A DNA stretch of 64,000 bases from the human T2T-CHM13v2.0 reference genome, Homo sapiens (GCF_009914755.1 NC_060938.1); one strand, 5' to 3'; counted from the stretch's first letter, positions 12,925 to 27,852 are shown. Notes: a model not told the origin generated them from the sequence alone. Made by a program: numbers and translations.

Positions 12925-14210
12925 GTTGCTGGGTGCTAGGGACTGTGCTTGGACCTGGCATGCCGTGATGAATCAAAGGCCTCCCTTGTATAGAGCTTAC
13001 ACTCTAGGAAAGGAACAGGAAATAAACAAGAAAGGAAATTCATAAACAAAATAACTCAGAGTCATGAGAGGATGGGATGGAGAAGAGCAGTGGTACTGAG
13101 CATGGTGGTCTGGAAAAGGTTCTCTGAGGACAGACACCTGAGCTGAGACCTGGTAACAGAAGGAACTGCCCTGCAAAAAACTGAGCAGAGGGATCCAGGC
13201 AGAAGGGACACCATGTGAAAAGCCTCTCAAATGGGGACGGGCTGGACACACGGGAGGTAAAGGATAAGGGCCGATACGGTCAGGTATGAGCTAGTAGATG
13301 AGGAGGAAGAGGAGGCAGAGTTCAGATCACAAAGAGTCTTGCATGGAATGTGGATTTGAGTCTAAGTCACGGGAACTGTTAGAGAGTTTTGAGCAAGGGA
13401 GTAAAATGTCTTGACTGACATTTTCAAAATATGACACTGGTTACTGTACGGAGAATAGAGAGTAGCAGCATGAATCAGCAAGACTGGAACCACACTGTGT
13501 ACCTCAAGCAGAAATGGAAGTGAAATGAGAAATGAAAGGACTGTTAGAAGGTCTAGGGGTTTGAAGTCAGAGAAGGGTCATCAGTTTTCAGGAAACCAGT
13601 AAGTGCAGGAAACCCTGAAGACCATCCCCAGGGGTCCCAGTGGCCTGGGATGCCACCTAGAAGTTTGATTCACAGAAGGACAATGGGCAGCCCCTGGTAG
13701 AACCTCCCTGATGTCATCTGCCAGGGACACAGGAGCAGGTTCGACACCACCTCTCTGCAGCCTCCCACAAAGCCAACCAGAGCGCCCCAGCATGAATTCT
13801 GAACAATCAGGTTCCCACACTCTCAGCCCCTTCAGAGACGGAGAAGCAGTCCTGTGTTGCCACTAGACTGTCCAGCACAGGGGACAGGAGTGGCAATAAC
13901 TAGGAGGCTACCACAGTGGTCAAGATGAGAAACGGTGGCTTGGAAGAGGAGAGTGGCAGTGGAAATAGTGAGGGTTAGAGAGAGGTGAGATGCATTTTGG
14001 TTTTTTTGTTTGTTTAGAGATAGGGTATCGCTCTGTCGCCCAAGCTGGGGTGCAATCATGCAATCATAGCTCACTGCAGCCTTGAACTCATGAGCTCAAA
14101 CCATCCTCCTGCCTCAGCCTCCCAAGTAGGTGGGACCATGGGCACAAGCCGCCATACTTGGCCCCAAGATACATTTTGGAAATAAAACCAAAAGGACTTG
14201 CTGATGGGGT
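12925..14210 (-). mobile_element. L2 LINE fragments (~12925-13490 and ~13850-14210)
   Basis: gagcttacactctag, ctgagctgagacctg, gagagttttgagcaagggag, agatacattttggaaataaaccaaaaggacttgctgatgg. Confidence 0.6.
14001..14163 (-). mobile_element. FRAM / isolated AluJ-type right monomer
   Basis: Single Alu monomer with T-rich tail; 13-bp TSD agatgcattttgg (13988-14000) / agatacattttgg (14167-14179); inserted in L2. Confidence 0.8.
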
Positions 14211-14287
14211 AAATTCACTCATTATTGTCACTTGTAGTAATGTCCTCTCTCCTACTCATTCTAAGAAGTAATTGTTTTAAAAAAAAA

Positions 14288-15254
<967 letters not shown>

Positions 15255-16439
15255 TAAATCATTTCCTGACCTCTCCTTCCTTACATATTACCCAAGCTGA
15301 GTTCAGTACTTCCTCCATTCTCACCAACACCCTTTGCATAGCCTTAGTTCTTATATTGCCGTACTGTCTTCACTGATGTTCCTAGCTCTCTGCTGGCACC
15401 CTTGTCAAGGACTGTCTCTTTCACTTCTCCATTCCCAAAGCCTAGCACAATTCTTGGCACACGGTTGTTTTCCAATGTCTCCCACAATTGGTTCAAACAG
15501 GCAGTCTGGATTAATTGCAACAGAGTCCCAGATACTTTCAAGCCAGTCAATAATATGTCTTAGGTCTTCAAGGGTGCTCAGAAAAAATCAAAACAAAATC
15601 TAAAAGCTAGCTGCTACAGAGCTGAGGCAAAAGGGAAAAAAAATTATCTGCTTCTGTAGTTGCCACTGACAGATGTTATAAATGGGTAATTTACAAGTGT
15701 GTAATTTACAGGATATCTACGGCAGTGCCCAGAATGCTGATTCAGAGAAAACATGGGTAAGTAATGAGATTTTTATGGAACAGTTTTGTTCAGGATTTGT
15801 AGTATTGGTTTCTGAGCAATCACTAACGGCTTCCCTGGTCACTCCTCACCCCTCAGGCTGCAAAATATGGATTCAGACAGGGTCTCAATAATACATGCTT
15901 AAATAATTATTTCATATCTGACAAGGTCTGCTCTTTGGACATGATCACATGATCTGTTTTTCTCTGGCAATCCCAATAAACACAGATGGGCAAACAATCC
16001 CTTAAGCTGTTGGAATTTAGGAAAATCTATTCTTCCACAGCTTGGCACTTTATCCATTTTCACCCCTCATTCATTTTTGCATTCTTTATTTCATTTGCAT
16101 GAAAACATGATCTTCCTGTTATCCAAAAGGCATTCTTAGGCTTCAGGTTTCCTAAGTTTTTTAATTATGGAGAAAATCTTGGGAATGGACAGAAGGTCGA
16201 ATGAGGATTATAACTCTTCAGATACAAGTAAATAGGCTCAAGCTCTAGGGCCAGTTCCATCACCAACTCGTTGAGGAGCTCATATTTGTAAATAAGAAAG
16301 GATTGAACAAAAGTTGCAGTTTCCAGCATAAGAATTCCAGAATGGTAGAACTCCTCAAAATATTCTTTTGGTTTTTAAAACTCTATGGAAAACACAATTT
16401 GCCTGCAAATCTACCCAAATATCTAAACCATAATATTTT

Positions 16440-16939
16440 CAATTGACATAAAATATTCTAAGCATATTTCAAATAAAATTCCTAATTTTCCCCCCAAATC
16501 TACTTTATCCCGGTCCACCCACCCTTATTCAATGGAATGATCGATCACTCAAGTAGTTTTTCAAGCCAAAAATTTAGCACACATCTTGGGTTTCTGTCTG
16601 ACCCTTATACTTCACTTCCAATCCATCAGGAAGTCCTATTGGCTTTACTTCCAAATACATCCCAGATTCAACTATTTTTCTCCATTCCCATTGTTTCTAA
16701 CCCCATCTAAACCACTATGCTCTCTCACCTGGCCTAATTCATTAACCTCCACACAGTCTCCCTATTTCCACAGCAATGGTTTAACCCATGGCAATCCATT
16801 CTCCATACTCCTCAACCTGTGACTCCATTATCTCAAACCTTGCAATAGTTTCCTTTGCCCTTAGCATAAAGTCTTGTTTTCTAAAATCTTGTTTACTGCC
16901 CACAATTCTGTCCCAACTCCACCTCCTTTCATTTCCTTG
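16440..16939 (+). mobile_element. L2 LINE fragment (continues beyond the MaLR cluster to ~20990)
   Basis: caagccaaaaatttag...ccaatccatcaggaagtcctattggctttacttccaaatacatc; L2 3' end atggcatatagtaggtactcaatacaaatttg at ~20950-20990. Confidence 0.6.
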
Positions 16940-17329
16940 TGTATTATCTCATTCTCTAATTGCTATAAGGAAATACCTGAGACTGGATAATTTATAAAGA
17001 AAAGCAGTTTAATTGGCTCACAGTGCTGCAGGCTGCACAAGAAGCATGATGCTGGCATCTGCTCAGCTTCTGTGGAGGCCTCGAGAAACTTATGATCATG
17101 GCCAGGGCAGGAGCAAGAGAGAGGGGAGAGGTGCCACATGCTTTTAAATGACCAGATCTCATGAGAGCTCACTCACTGTCATGAGAACAGTACCAAGGGA
17201 GATGGTGCTAGACCATTTGTGAGAAATCTGCCCCCATGATTCAATCACCTCCCACCAGGCCCCACCTCCAACATTGGGAATTATATTCCAATATGAGATT
17301 TGGACGAAACACACATCAAAATTACATCA
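16940..17329 (-). mobile_element. MSTA 3' LTR (ERVL-MaLR)
   Basis: tgtattatctcattct...gctataaggaaatacctgagactgg...gctggcatctgctcagcttctg...ttacatca; carries a short internal deletion. Confidence 0.85.
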
Positions 17330-17761
17330 TTCTAACCCTGATACCTCCCAAATCTCATGTTCTTCTCACATTTCAAAATATAATCATGTCTTCCCAATAA
17401 TCCCCCAAATTCTTAACTCATTCCAGCATTAACTCAAAAACCCAAAGTCCAATGTCTCATTTGAGACAAGGCAAATCCCTTCACCTATGAGCCTATAAAA
17501 ACCAAAACAATTTAGTTACTTCCATGTTACAATGGAGATACAAGCATTTAGTAAATAATCCTATTCCAAAAGAGAGAAAATTGCCAAATGAAAGGGGCTA
17601 CATGCCCGATGCAAGTCCAAAACCCAGCAGGGCCATTACTAAGTCTTAAAGCTCCAATATAATCTCCTTTTACTCCATGCCCCACATCCAGACCACACTG
17701 GTGCAAGGAGTAAGTTACCAAAGCCTTAAGCAGCTCCACCCTGTGGCTTTGCAGGATGCAG

Positions 17762-18648
17762 TCCTTGTGCAGCCTTGGGACTTGGTGCCCTGCATCCCAG
17801 ACACTCTAGGTCCAGCCATGGCTAAAAGGGATCAAAGTATAGCTTGGGCCATTACTTCAAAGGGTGCAAGCCACAAGCCTTGGTGACTTCCATGTGGTGT
17901 TGGGCCTGTGGGTGCACAGAAATCAAGAAGTGAAGTTTGAGAACCTTCACCTAGATTTCAGAGGATGTTTGTTAATGCCTGGATGTCTAGGCAGAAGTCT
18001 GCTGCAAGTTGAGCCCTCATGGAGAACCTGTGCTAGGGCAATGCAGAAGGGAAATGTGGAGTTGGAGCCCCCAAACAGTGTCCCCACTGGGGCACTGGCT
18101 AGTGGACCTGTGAGAAGAAGGTCACTGTCCTCTAGACCCCAGAATGGCAGATCCACCAACAGCTTGCATCATGCACCTGGAAAATCCACAGGCACTCAAG
18201 GACAGCTCATGAAGAAGCTGCTGAAGGCCATCAGAGCCCACCCTTTGCATCAGCATGACCCAGATGTGAGACATGGAGTCAAAGGAGATAATTTCTAAGC
18301 TTTAAGATTTAATGAGTGCTCCACTGGGTTACAGACTTTCACGGGTCCTGTAGCTCCTTTGTTTCAGCCAATTTCTCCCATTTGGAGTGGAAATATTTAC
18401 CCATGCCTATGCCTCCACTGTATCTAGGAAGTAACTAACTTGCTTTTGATTTTACAGGCTCATAGGCAGAAGGGTCTTGCCTTGTCTCAGATAAGACTTT
18501 GAACTGTGGACTTTTGAGTCAATGCTGAAACGAGTTAAGGTTTTGGGGGACCGTTGGGAAGGCATGGTTTTGAAATGTAAAATTGTATCAGTTTTGAAAT
18601 GTGAAGAGATTTGAGAAAAGACAGATTTGGGAGAAGCCAGGGGCAGAG
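17762..18648 (+). mobile_element. THE1 internal region, 3' half only
   Basis: gtgcagccttgggacttggtgccctgc...cctagatttcagaggatg...gatgtgagacatggagtcaaaggaga...gatttgggagaagccaggggcagag (polypurine tract). Confidence 0.82.
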
Positions 18649-19044
18649 TGATACGGTTTGGCTCTGGGTCCCCACCCAAATCTCATTTCAAATTGTAATC
18701 CCCATGTGTCCACATGTCAAGGGAGGGACCTGTAATCCCCATGTGTCAAGGGAGGGAGGTGATTGGATCATGGGGGTAGTTTCCCCCATGCTGTCCTTGT
18801 GGTAGTGAGTGAGTTCTCACAAGATCTGATAGTTTTATAAGTGTTTGACCATTCCTCCTTCACAGTCACATACTCTCCCTCTTGCCTGCTGCCATGTAAG
18901 ACATTCCTGCTTTCCCTTCTGGCATTGTAGGTTTCCTGAGGCCTCCCCAGCCATGTGGAACTGTAAGTCAATTAAATACCTTTTCTTTATAAATTACCCA
19001 GTTTTGGGCAGTTCTTTATAGCAGTGTGAGCATGGATTAATAAA
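18649..19044 (+). mobile_element. THE1D-like LTR
   Basis: tgatacggtttggct...ccccacccaaatctca...cctgaggcctccccagccatgtggaactgt...tttatagcagtgtgag. Confidence 0.85.
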
Positions 19045-19766
19045 CCCACAAAACATTATTCTCTCCTAGACCTCCAACCTGTGATGTGAAGGGCTGCTGC
19101 AAAGGTCTCTGAAATGCCTTCAAGTCCTTTTTCCCATTGTCTTGGCTATCAGCAGTTGTCTTCTTTTTAGTTATGCAAATCTTTCTAGTAAGTAGTTGTT
19201 CTGCAGCCTCCTGCTTAGATTCCTCTCCCAAAAAAGCTTTTTCTTTCTCTGTCACACGGCCAGACAGCAAATTTTCCAAACTCTTTGCTCTGCTTCCCTT
19301 TTAAGTTTCAATTTTAAGTCATTCCTTCATTCTCACATCTGAACATGGGCTATTAGAAGCAGTTAGGCCACACCTTGAACACTTTGCTGCTTAGAAACTT
19401 CTTCCACTAGATAACCTAAGTCATCATTTTCAAGTTCAAACTTTCACAGACCCCTAGCTCATGGACATAATGTAGCCAAGTGTTTTGCTAAGGTGTAACA
19501 AAAGTTATCTTTACTCCAGTTCCTAATAAGTTCATCATTTCCATCTGAGACCTCAGCATCCTGGACTTCATTGTCCATATCACTATCAGCAATTTTGGTC
19601 ACAACCATTCAACCAGTCTCTAAAACATTCCAAATGTTCCTTCATCTTCCTGCTTTCTTCTGAGCCCTCCACACTCTTCTAACCTTTGCCATTACCCAAT
19701 TCCAAAGTTGCTCCCACATTTTCAGGCATCTTTATACCAATATCCCACTCCTCAGTACCAATTTTC

Positions 19767-20155
19767 TGTACTAGGCCATTCTTGCACTGCTATAAAAAAA
19801 ATCTGAGACTGGATAATTTGAAAAGAAATTTAATTGGCTTACAGTCCTGCAGGCTGCACAGAAAGCATAATACTGGCATCTGCTTGGCTTCTGTGGAGGC
19901 CTCAGGAAGCTTACAATCATGCCAGAAGTTGAAGGAGGAGCAAGCAAATCACATGACCAGAGCAGGAGAAAGAGGTGGGGGAGGTGCCACACTCTTTTAA
20001 ACAACCAGATCCCATAAGAACTCACTATCACAAGAACAGCACCAAGGGGATGGTGCTAAACCATTCATGAGAAAACCGCCCACATGATCCAGTCACCTTT
20101 TACCAGGCCCCACCTTCAACACTGGGGATTGCAACTCAACATGAGACTTGGGTGG
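19767..20155 (-). mobile_element. MSTA 5' LTR
   Basis: tgtactaggccattcttgcactgctata...caccaaggggatggtgctaaaccattcatgag...atgagacttgggtgg; outer end eroded. Confidence 0.85.
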
Positions 20156-20266
20156 TTTTCCAATGTATATCATATCTAATATATATCATCTTCCAACTTA
20201 TTTATAGTTTTCCATTCTCACTGTCCTTCTTTCTAGTCCAAGAAAAAAGTCAAGCTCCTTCTCTCC

Positions 20267-20646
20267 TGTCTTAGTCCATTTTGTGTTGCTATAACAGAAT
20301 ACCACAGACTGGATAATTTATGAACAATAGCAGTTTAATTACCTCATGATTCTGGAGGCTGAGAAGTCCAAGAACAAGAGGTCACATCTTGTGAGGCCCT
20401 TCTTGCTGTATCATAACATAGCAGAATGCATCACATGGTGAGAAAGCCTGAGAGAGAAAGAGAGAGAGAGAGATTGAAGAAGGGAACCAAACTAATCCTT
20501 GTGTTAGGAACCCACTCCCAAGATAACTAATTCATCCCTTAATATCAGCATTCATTCATAAGGACACGAATCATCTTACCTCTCAACACTGTGGCATTAG
20601 GGATTAGGTTTCTAACACATGACCTTTGGGGGAAACATTTAAACCA
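20267..20646 (-). mobile_element. MSTC/MSTD-type solo LTR
   Basis: tgtcttagtccattttgtgttgctataacagaataccacagactgg...ttctggaggctgagaagtccaag...aaacca; flanked by tctcc on both sides. Confidence 0.75.
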
Positions 20647-21124
20647 TCTCCTCTAGGCTATACTTATGGGAATCCTTCATCCAGATATTTAATGGCTGAC
20701 TCTTTACCTTTTGGGTTTCAGCCCAGAAGTCACTTTCTTTAAAAGTATTTCACTCTCGTCTATCTGATACTGCTCTATCTAAACTGATAGAGGGACTCTA
20801 TTACTTAACATTGACCACCATAGTCTTTATCTCACAATTATTATCCTCTTTTCATTTCACTTTTTACTATTCAAAATTAAATTTTATATTTTAATTAGAT
20901 TATTTCCTTTTTACTGTTTTGTTTACTTTTAATTCATACTAGAACAATGCATGGCATATAGTAGGTACTCAATACAAATTTGTAGAATTTTATTGTTTTT
21001 GGTCAGAGGTGTTTTCAACTCAGTTATTAACACTGATTCTCTTGGACTGATCTAAACTCTGATGACAGTAACACATGCCTATGATGTTTAAAAAGGAGAA
21101 AAACTGGTTGATAATGGTAAGTAT

Positions 21125-21470
21125 TATGAAGACAGCTAAAATTTTTTGAGCCCTTACCAAGTGCCAGCCATTGTGATAAGTATTGTATGAGCACATCTCA
21201 TTTAATCCTCACAACAACCCTATTACATAAATACTTGCATTATCCTCACTTTATAGATGAAACAACTTGAATACAAAGAGACCTGTGGCTTCTGTGGAGT
21301 CCTCAGGAAGCTTACAATCATTGCAGAAGGTTAAAGTGAAGGAGAAAGCACATCACATGGCCAGAGCAGGAGCAAGAGGAAGGGAAGGTATCTCTGGGCA
21401 TTATGAAGAAAGGTGAGAGAACAAGGGCTTCAATCCATGTTGTCTAAACACAAAGTTTAAGCTCTTAATT
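21125..21470 (-). mobile_element. MIR interrupted by an internal MSTA LTR fragment (21286-21389)
   Basis: catctcatttaatcctcacaacaaccct...cactttatagatgaaacaac (MIR); tggcttctgtggagtcctcaggaagcttacaatcat...cacatggccagagcaggagcaagag (MSTA). Confidence 0.7.
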
Positions 21471-23328
21471 ATTATAGTATTCTTCTTCTCCTAATGGTTC
21501 TAGTTTAATCAACTTCTTCCCCTAAAATTAAGTTTCTAGGCAATAAAAGTAATGAACGTATGCCATAATCTGAAAAAGATTCAGAAATGTGTAAGGATTA
21601 TGTAAAAGTGTCATAAGAGCCCAGCTGGTCCCCACGGGGATTCCTTAATCTAACAAGGCAGACAACTGACTTGTTAGCACCTCCAGTTTCAGATACAAAT
21701 CAACCAAGTTCACAAATACCACTTTACTAATTTGTTTATTTCCAGTGATTAAATAGCCATCAAGCAGATATGATAGGGATGTTTGAGAATCAAGCCACTC
21801 TCTGTAGGCAAATCCACACAGGAAACAAAGTTATGAGAAGACATTTACTTGGTAAGCATGGAATAAAAGTACAAGATGAACGCAAAGATGCTAAAGATTG
21901 ATGCTCGCAGCCCCATTTTGGTGGGGAGAGGGACAGAGGGAGGGCTTCACAGGTGGAGGTCCCTCCCACAGAATAAAGGAACCTAGCCAGGCATTACACC
22001 CCTTCAACTTCTTTCTGGTAAGTATTTTCTTTCTTTGCCTGTTTCAAAATCTACAGTCAATTCATCTTTGTGTCTTAGACTAGAAAACATTTTATTTCTA
22101 AGATGACTTTGTACTTTTTCACACTGATCTAAGTCAGTTTTATAGCGTCACTCTCAGAGAACAATCTTACCTATTTCAAATTCTTGTGGGGCATTTTTTG
22201 GTCCCTCCATTCTATCTACAAAAGAGGATTTGTTGGTCTAGACTGGAAGGGGGAGCAGTAGAAAGCACTCAGCTGGTGACCCAGGTCGCTTCCAACTCTC
22301 AACTCCACAACTTAACTAAGCAAGGGAAAAATAATGTTCCCCCTAAACCCTTTTTCTCTTCAGAGGTTTAAATCTGACACCAGCAATAAGGCACCTTCTG
22401 CTTATCACTCTGTCTTAATTCATCACTTAAAAACACTTGATCTTACAACCTTCCCTGCTTGTATCATAATGAAGAGAAAAATTGATGGGCAGTTAGGGCA
22501 AAGGCTTTGCCAACTGCTATTGCTTTTACATCAGGCTTGCCTGTGAGCATGTTTCTTTCTTTCGCGTCTCTCCCTAACTCATCACATGAATTAAAAGCCA
22601 TAGGGAGCCTGCCTAAACATCTCAAGCAAGGTTCTGAATTTCAGATCTCAGAGCCATGTCTTTGGGATAGCCTTGGGCTAAGCATTCTCTGTCACTTTTT
22701 TTTTTTAAATCAGAGAGCATGTTCTTGGTATTTGCAATATATGGAGAGACAAAAATCCTGGAAAAGAGGTTACCCTCTGAGAATTAAACTAGTAAAATAT
22801 ACAGTATGATTGTGATTAGCCATCTGTGATCATAAAGTAAAAGACAGCCTGTATGTGTGTCACCGAAGAATTTGCAGACACCCAAACCTCCAATAAAGAT
22901 GATGGGAATAATCTCAGGGAGATGAGTCTGGAACTTGACAGCAATTTAGGAAGTGGAAAACTAATCAATTGCATTGTACTCTGCCTAAGGAAAGCTTAGG
23001 GAGGGGGTGAGACGGCCATTCCAGGGAGCATTCAACACAGGATCCCCAGGGCTATTACCATTCTGAGCTGAGGAGAAGAGAGAGCCCCAGGAAAAATACC
23101 CCACATCTTTCTTGATTTTACCTGAAGGTCTTGGGGAAATTAAAATAAATGTGAATATATTATAGAGCGGATAACTAGAGAAAAATTCTGTGAAACTTTT
23201 GGTTTATAATTGACAAGAAAAAGAATTTTTTTTACTGCTGTCACAATTTCTTTCTACAGAAAAGAAAGTCTTGCTTAAAATGTTAGTTTGATTATTTAGG
23301 GCTGTCATTAATTTGTTCATTCTCATTG

Positions 23329-23443
23329 TCTCTCTCTCTTTCTCTCTTTCTCTTTCTCTTTCTCTCTCCCTCTCTCTCTCTCTCCTCTCTCCCTCTCTCT
23401 CTCTCTCCCTCTCTCTCTCTCTTTCCCTCTTCCTCTCTCTCTC
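23329..23443. repeat. (CT)n-rich polypyrimidine microsatellite
   Basis: ~115 bp composed only of C and T on the + strand. Confidence 0.95.
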
Positions 23444-23531
23444 ATAATTGCTGGCCAGAATTGTCAGATCCAGATCCTCTCCAATGGCACAAGGCATCCA
23501 AGCCAAGCCCTTGCCTAGAATGTCAGTATGG

Positions 23532-23945
23532 TGTATCATTTATCAGTGAGAGTCCAATCAGGAGACAGAAATCACACTGGTAATTTGGACAGGAAAAACT
23601 GAATATAAATAACTATTAACTAGCAACAGGGAATTGCCAACTAAGAGGTAAAGAGCAGGTTAAAGCAGGGGTCAGCATGCAGGCCGAATCTGGCCTTGCC
23701 CATTCGTTTGTATGTTGCCCATGGCTGCTTTTACACTGCAGTATGCAGTTGAATGATTGTGACAGAGGCAGAATGACCTGCAAAGCCTAAAATAGCTACT
23801 CTGTGACACTTTATAGAAAAATATTGTTGACCCTTGCTCTAAAGAATACAGGATAGCAGATAGGAATAATAGCAATAATAGCAAATAGGAAACAATGACT
23901 TCCTCTAGGGCAGAGACAGAGCACCCAAAGGAGAGCAACCTAAGG
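23532..23945 (-). mobile_element. Ancient mammalian LTR fragment (LTR85/MamGypLTR-like), split by MER58A
   Basis: tcagtgagagtccaatcaggagacagaaatcacactggtaatttg...aatataaataactattaactag; family assignment uncertain. Confidence 0.4.
23666..23836 (+). mobile_element. MER58A hAT-Charlie MITE
   Basis: TIRs caggggtcagca / tgttgacccttg; internal gcccattcgttt...atggctgctttt...gcaaagcctaaaata; degenerate 8-bp TSD ggttaaag/ctctaaag. Confidence 0.8.
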
Positions 23946-23974
23946 AAAAACCCTCCCCACCCACCTGCCTACAT

Positions 23975-23978
<4 letters not shown>

Positions 23979-24020
<42 letters not shown>
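23979..24020. repeat. (AC)21 microsatellite
   Basis: Perfect dinucleotide run. Confidence 0.97.
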
Positions 24021-24022
<2 letters not shown>

Positions 24023-24618
24023 CCCAGTGGTGTATTCTCAGAAGAAGTCATATGAAGAAGGCTCAAGACATTTATCAACAGAGAGGTCAGAAGTTGAAAA
24101 CAGGAGTTTATGTGAAATTTCTATCTCTAGAAATAGCCCTTCCAGCCAGGAGATTAGATAAGTCCTCTTTTGAGAAACCTAAGAAGCCCAAATTAAAGGC
24201 CTCCAGACACTGATATTAGATATGGAGATAGCTGCGAATCCCAGCAGCTTGAATATTACCTATCCTTGTGTTCCATCCACGCCTTCAGTGCTTCTCATCA
24301 GCTTTGTAACCCTTGCTGCTGTCTGTTAATGGACAGCCAGATATGAGAAATGGGGCTTTCCATTGAGTCTCATCACACTCCACCATGAGAAGAACCCAAA
24401 ACACAGCAAAAGCTCTCAACATTTGGGAAGATACCACAATAAAGCAACTGAAAAAAATAAAAAGAAGAAAAGAAAGCCATAAGCTTTTGTGAATAAGAGA
24501 GAATAATAAAACTGGAGAGATTTAAAAAACCATTGTGGATATATATTTTTAAAAGACAGGATGCTTCATAGCTAAGATTGGAGAAGAAACAATTAGAAGA
24601 AAACTGGGATATTATTAG

Positions 24619-24963
<345 letters not shown>

Positions 24964-25590
24964 TAAAACAGGTTGGATGACAAAAATGAAAAAGACGTCT
25001 CAGAAAGTAGAAGAAATAAAACAAAAAGATAAAATTTTGAGGAAAATATATGTTAAAAACTTAGGGTGTTGAACTAGAAAGCCTCAAAATAGATTAATGG
25101 AATAGAAAAAAAAAATGGAAAAGAAGTAATTTTAAAATTTATAATAGAATATTTCTACAACCAAAAGGATATTAGAATCCTCAAAGTAAAAGAATAGTCC
25201 ACTGTGTCCAGAATGATAAAAGGCAAATGTGAGGGGTCTTCATTATAAAACTTTGGAGCAGTAGGAAGTAAAATTAAAAAATCCTCTCATTTTCTTAGGG
25301 GTGGGAGGAAACATCCCTCACAAAGGATATGAAATGAAATAAAATCAGACTTCTCAACAACCCTGAATGTTAGAAAGCAATGGCAAAATAACTTCAATAT
25401 TCAGAGGCAAAGTGATTTGCAGCCCAGCATTATATACTGAGCCATATTATCCAACAAGTATAAAGATAGATTAAAGCCACTTTTCAAAAAGTAAGATTTC
25501 AAACAAACAATTATCACCATGAACAACTTTTTAGGACTCTAAGAACATGTGCTCCAGCAAAGTGAGGGACTAAAGAAAGCATTTCCCAGG

Positions 25591-26249
<659 letters not shown>

Positions 26250-27751
26250 CCAGGTTTCCAGTGGATCCAACACAAGAACATAAAAGGAAAATTTACAGAT
26301 AAGATGACAGATGAGAACAACTGTGCAGAAGGAAGCATAAGAAGGGAGAAAAGAACCCATGAAAAAATAATCAATGTATAGATTATGTATTTGACCATTT
26401 GGAAAATAGTATTGATGAATTTAGTACAGAAAAAATATATATAAGCACATAAGAAAAGTAAGCAAATGAAAAAAATGAGGAAAATATTAACTCTAGAAAA
26501 AAAAGCAAAATGATATACAAGAGACAAAACAATAATGATATAGTTCTTGGCTAGAAATTCTACTTCATAGCCATAGTAATGTCAATCCTAACTGTTGATT
26601 GAACCAACCATTTTTGTGTAATTTTAACAAGAGTTTAGAAAGAGAAGGTAAGTGGCATGAAGGTGGGAGAAGAATGAAAGAGCTAAATCCTCATCTGTCA
26701 TAACAGAATGTCAATACATAATGTCTAAAATTGATACATTAACAAATAGCAATGTGGCCATTTATTTAGAAATATAGAGGAAGGTACAAGAAAGCAAGGG
26801 CTAAAAGAGCTGAAAGTCATTGCCTATGGGGAGTTGGACTGTAGAACAGGGGATGCTTAGTGGACATTTGTTTTTTATTATAAGTTATTTAATATTTGAG
26901 TTTTAAACTACTGCATACATTACTTTATTAAAAATTGAATTTAAAAAGCATAGAATTGGGCTAGAAGGAGATTGAAGTGAGAGGTGATAGGCAGCTACCT
27001 GGGAACCGAAGCACCTTTGGAATCTTATAAATATTGGAGCAAGTAGTGAACTTCCTGAAGCTCTGTGGAAATGGGGCTCATGTTATTTAACTGTAAATTA
27101 CACGGAGAAAAATGAGGAGAGAAGACTGAAAGCTCAAAAATATTGAGGTGGAAGCCTAAGCCAAAAGTCATGAACTTTAATATATCCTAGAGTCCTTTAT
27201 GGCTTAATCTTTGCAGACTAATAATCAGAAGTAATTCAAAAATAACTCCATTCAAAAAGCATGAAAGGAAACTCAGTTCATAAGCCATCACAACCATTTT
27301 TCAAACCCTTCCTCTTGTCTTCACTTCTCTTGCTTCTCACAATGGATCTCAAAAGTCAAACCTTCCACTCTCTGCACCACCCACCTGGCTCTTGCTCTCC
27401 AGTGCCCTCCCTTTTTTTCCACTTCTGAAGCCTGTCCCTCTCCACGTATTCCTTCAATCTTATATCCACTAAGTGCTGCAGTTATATTCACTAAGTTAGC
27501 AGAATTAAGGAAGAGCAGAAACCATAATAAGATCCTAAGTCCTGTCTTTATTCCAATGCATGAGATTTTTGAGCTTAAAATCTGGGTTGAATCGCCATGT
27601 TGCTCTTTCTTTATATTACTCCTCCAAGAATTACAGCAGTATGCTTTCACTTCTGGGGTAACTTTCCGGAGCTCTGAGCAGAGAAAATGGAAAGCCAAAC
27701 ATTGGCTCTACCCAGGGGTGAAAGACCCAACCTCTGGGCTCAAAAAGTTAA

Positions 27752-27852
27752 TGGAGCATAAGCTTCTTGAGGGCCGGGATTTTTGTCTGCTTTGTTCACT
27801 GCTGTGTCCCCATTGCCTAGAACAGAGCCTGCCCTGAAGTAGGTGCTCAAGT
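27752..27852 (+). mobile_element. L2 3' end
   Basis: taagcttcttgagggccgggatttttgtctgctttgttcactgctgtgtcccc...tagaacagagcctg...gtaggtgctcaa. Confidence 0.7.

Larger units (their letters stand above)
17330..19766 (-). mobile_element. MSTA internal region, interrupted by a THE1 at 17762-19044
   Basis: MaLR-int antisense at 17330-17761 (ttaactcattccagcattaactc, gagacaaggcaaatccctt) and 19045-19766 (cccactcctcagtaccaattttc abutting the LTR). Confidence 0.82.

Noticed and set aside
17864-18298. 144-aa ORF
   Set aside because: Lies entirely in THE1 internal sequence; a common MaLR remnant reading frame
23204-23583. RERE- and SLSL-rich ORFs
   Set aside because: Translations of the (CT)n microsatellite
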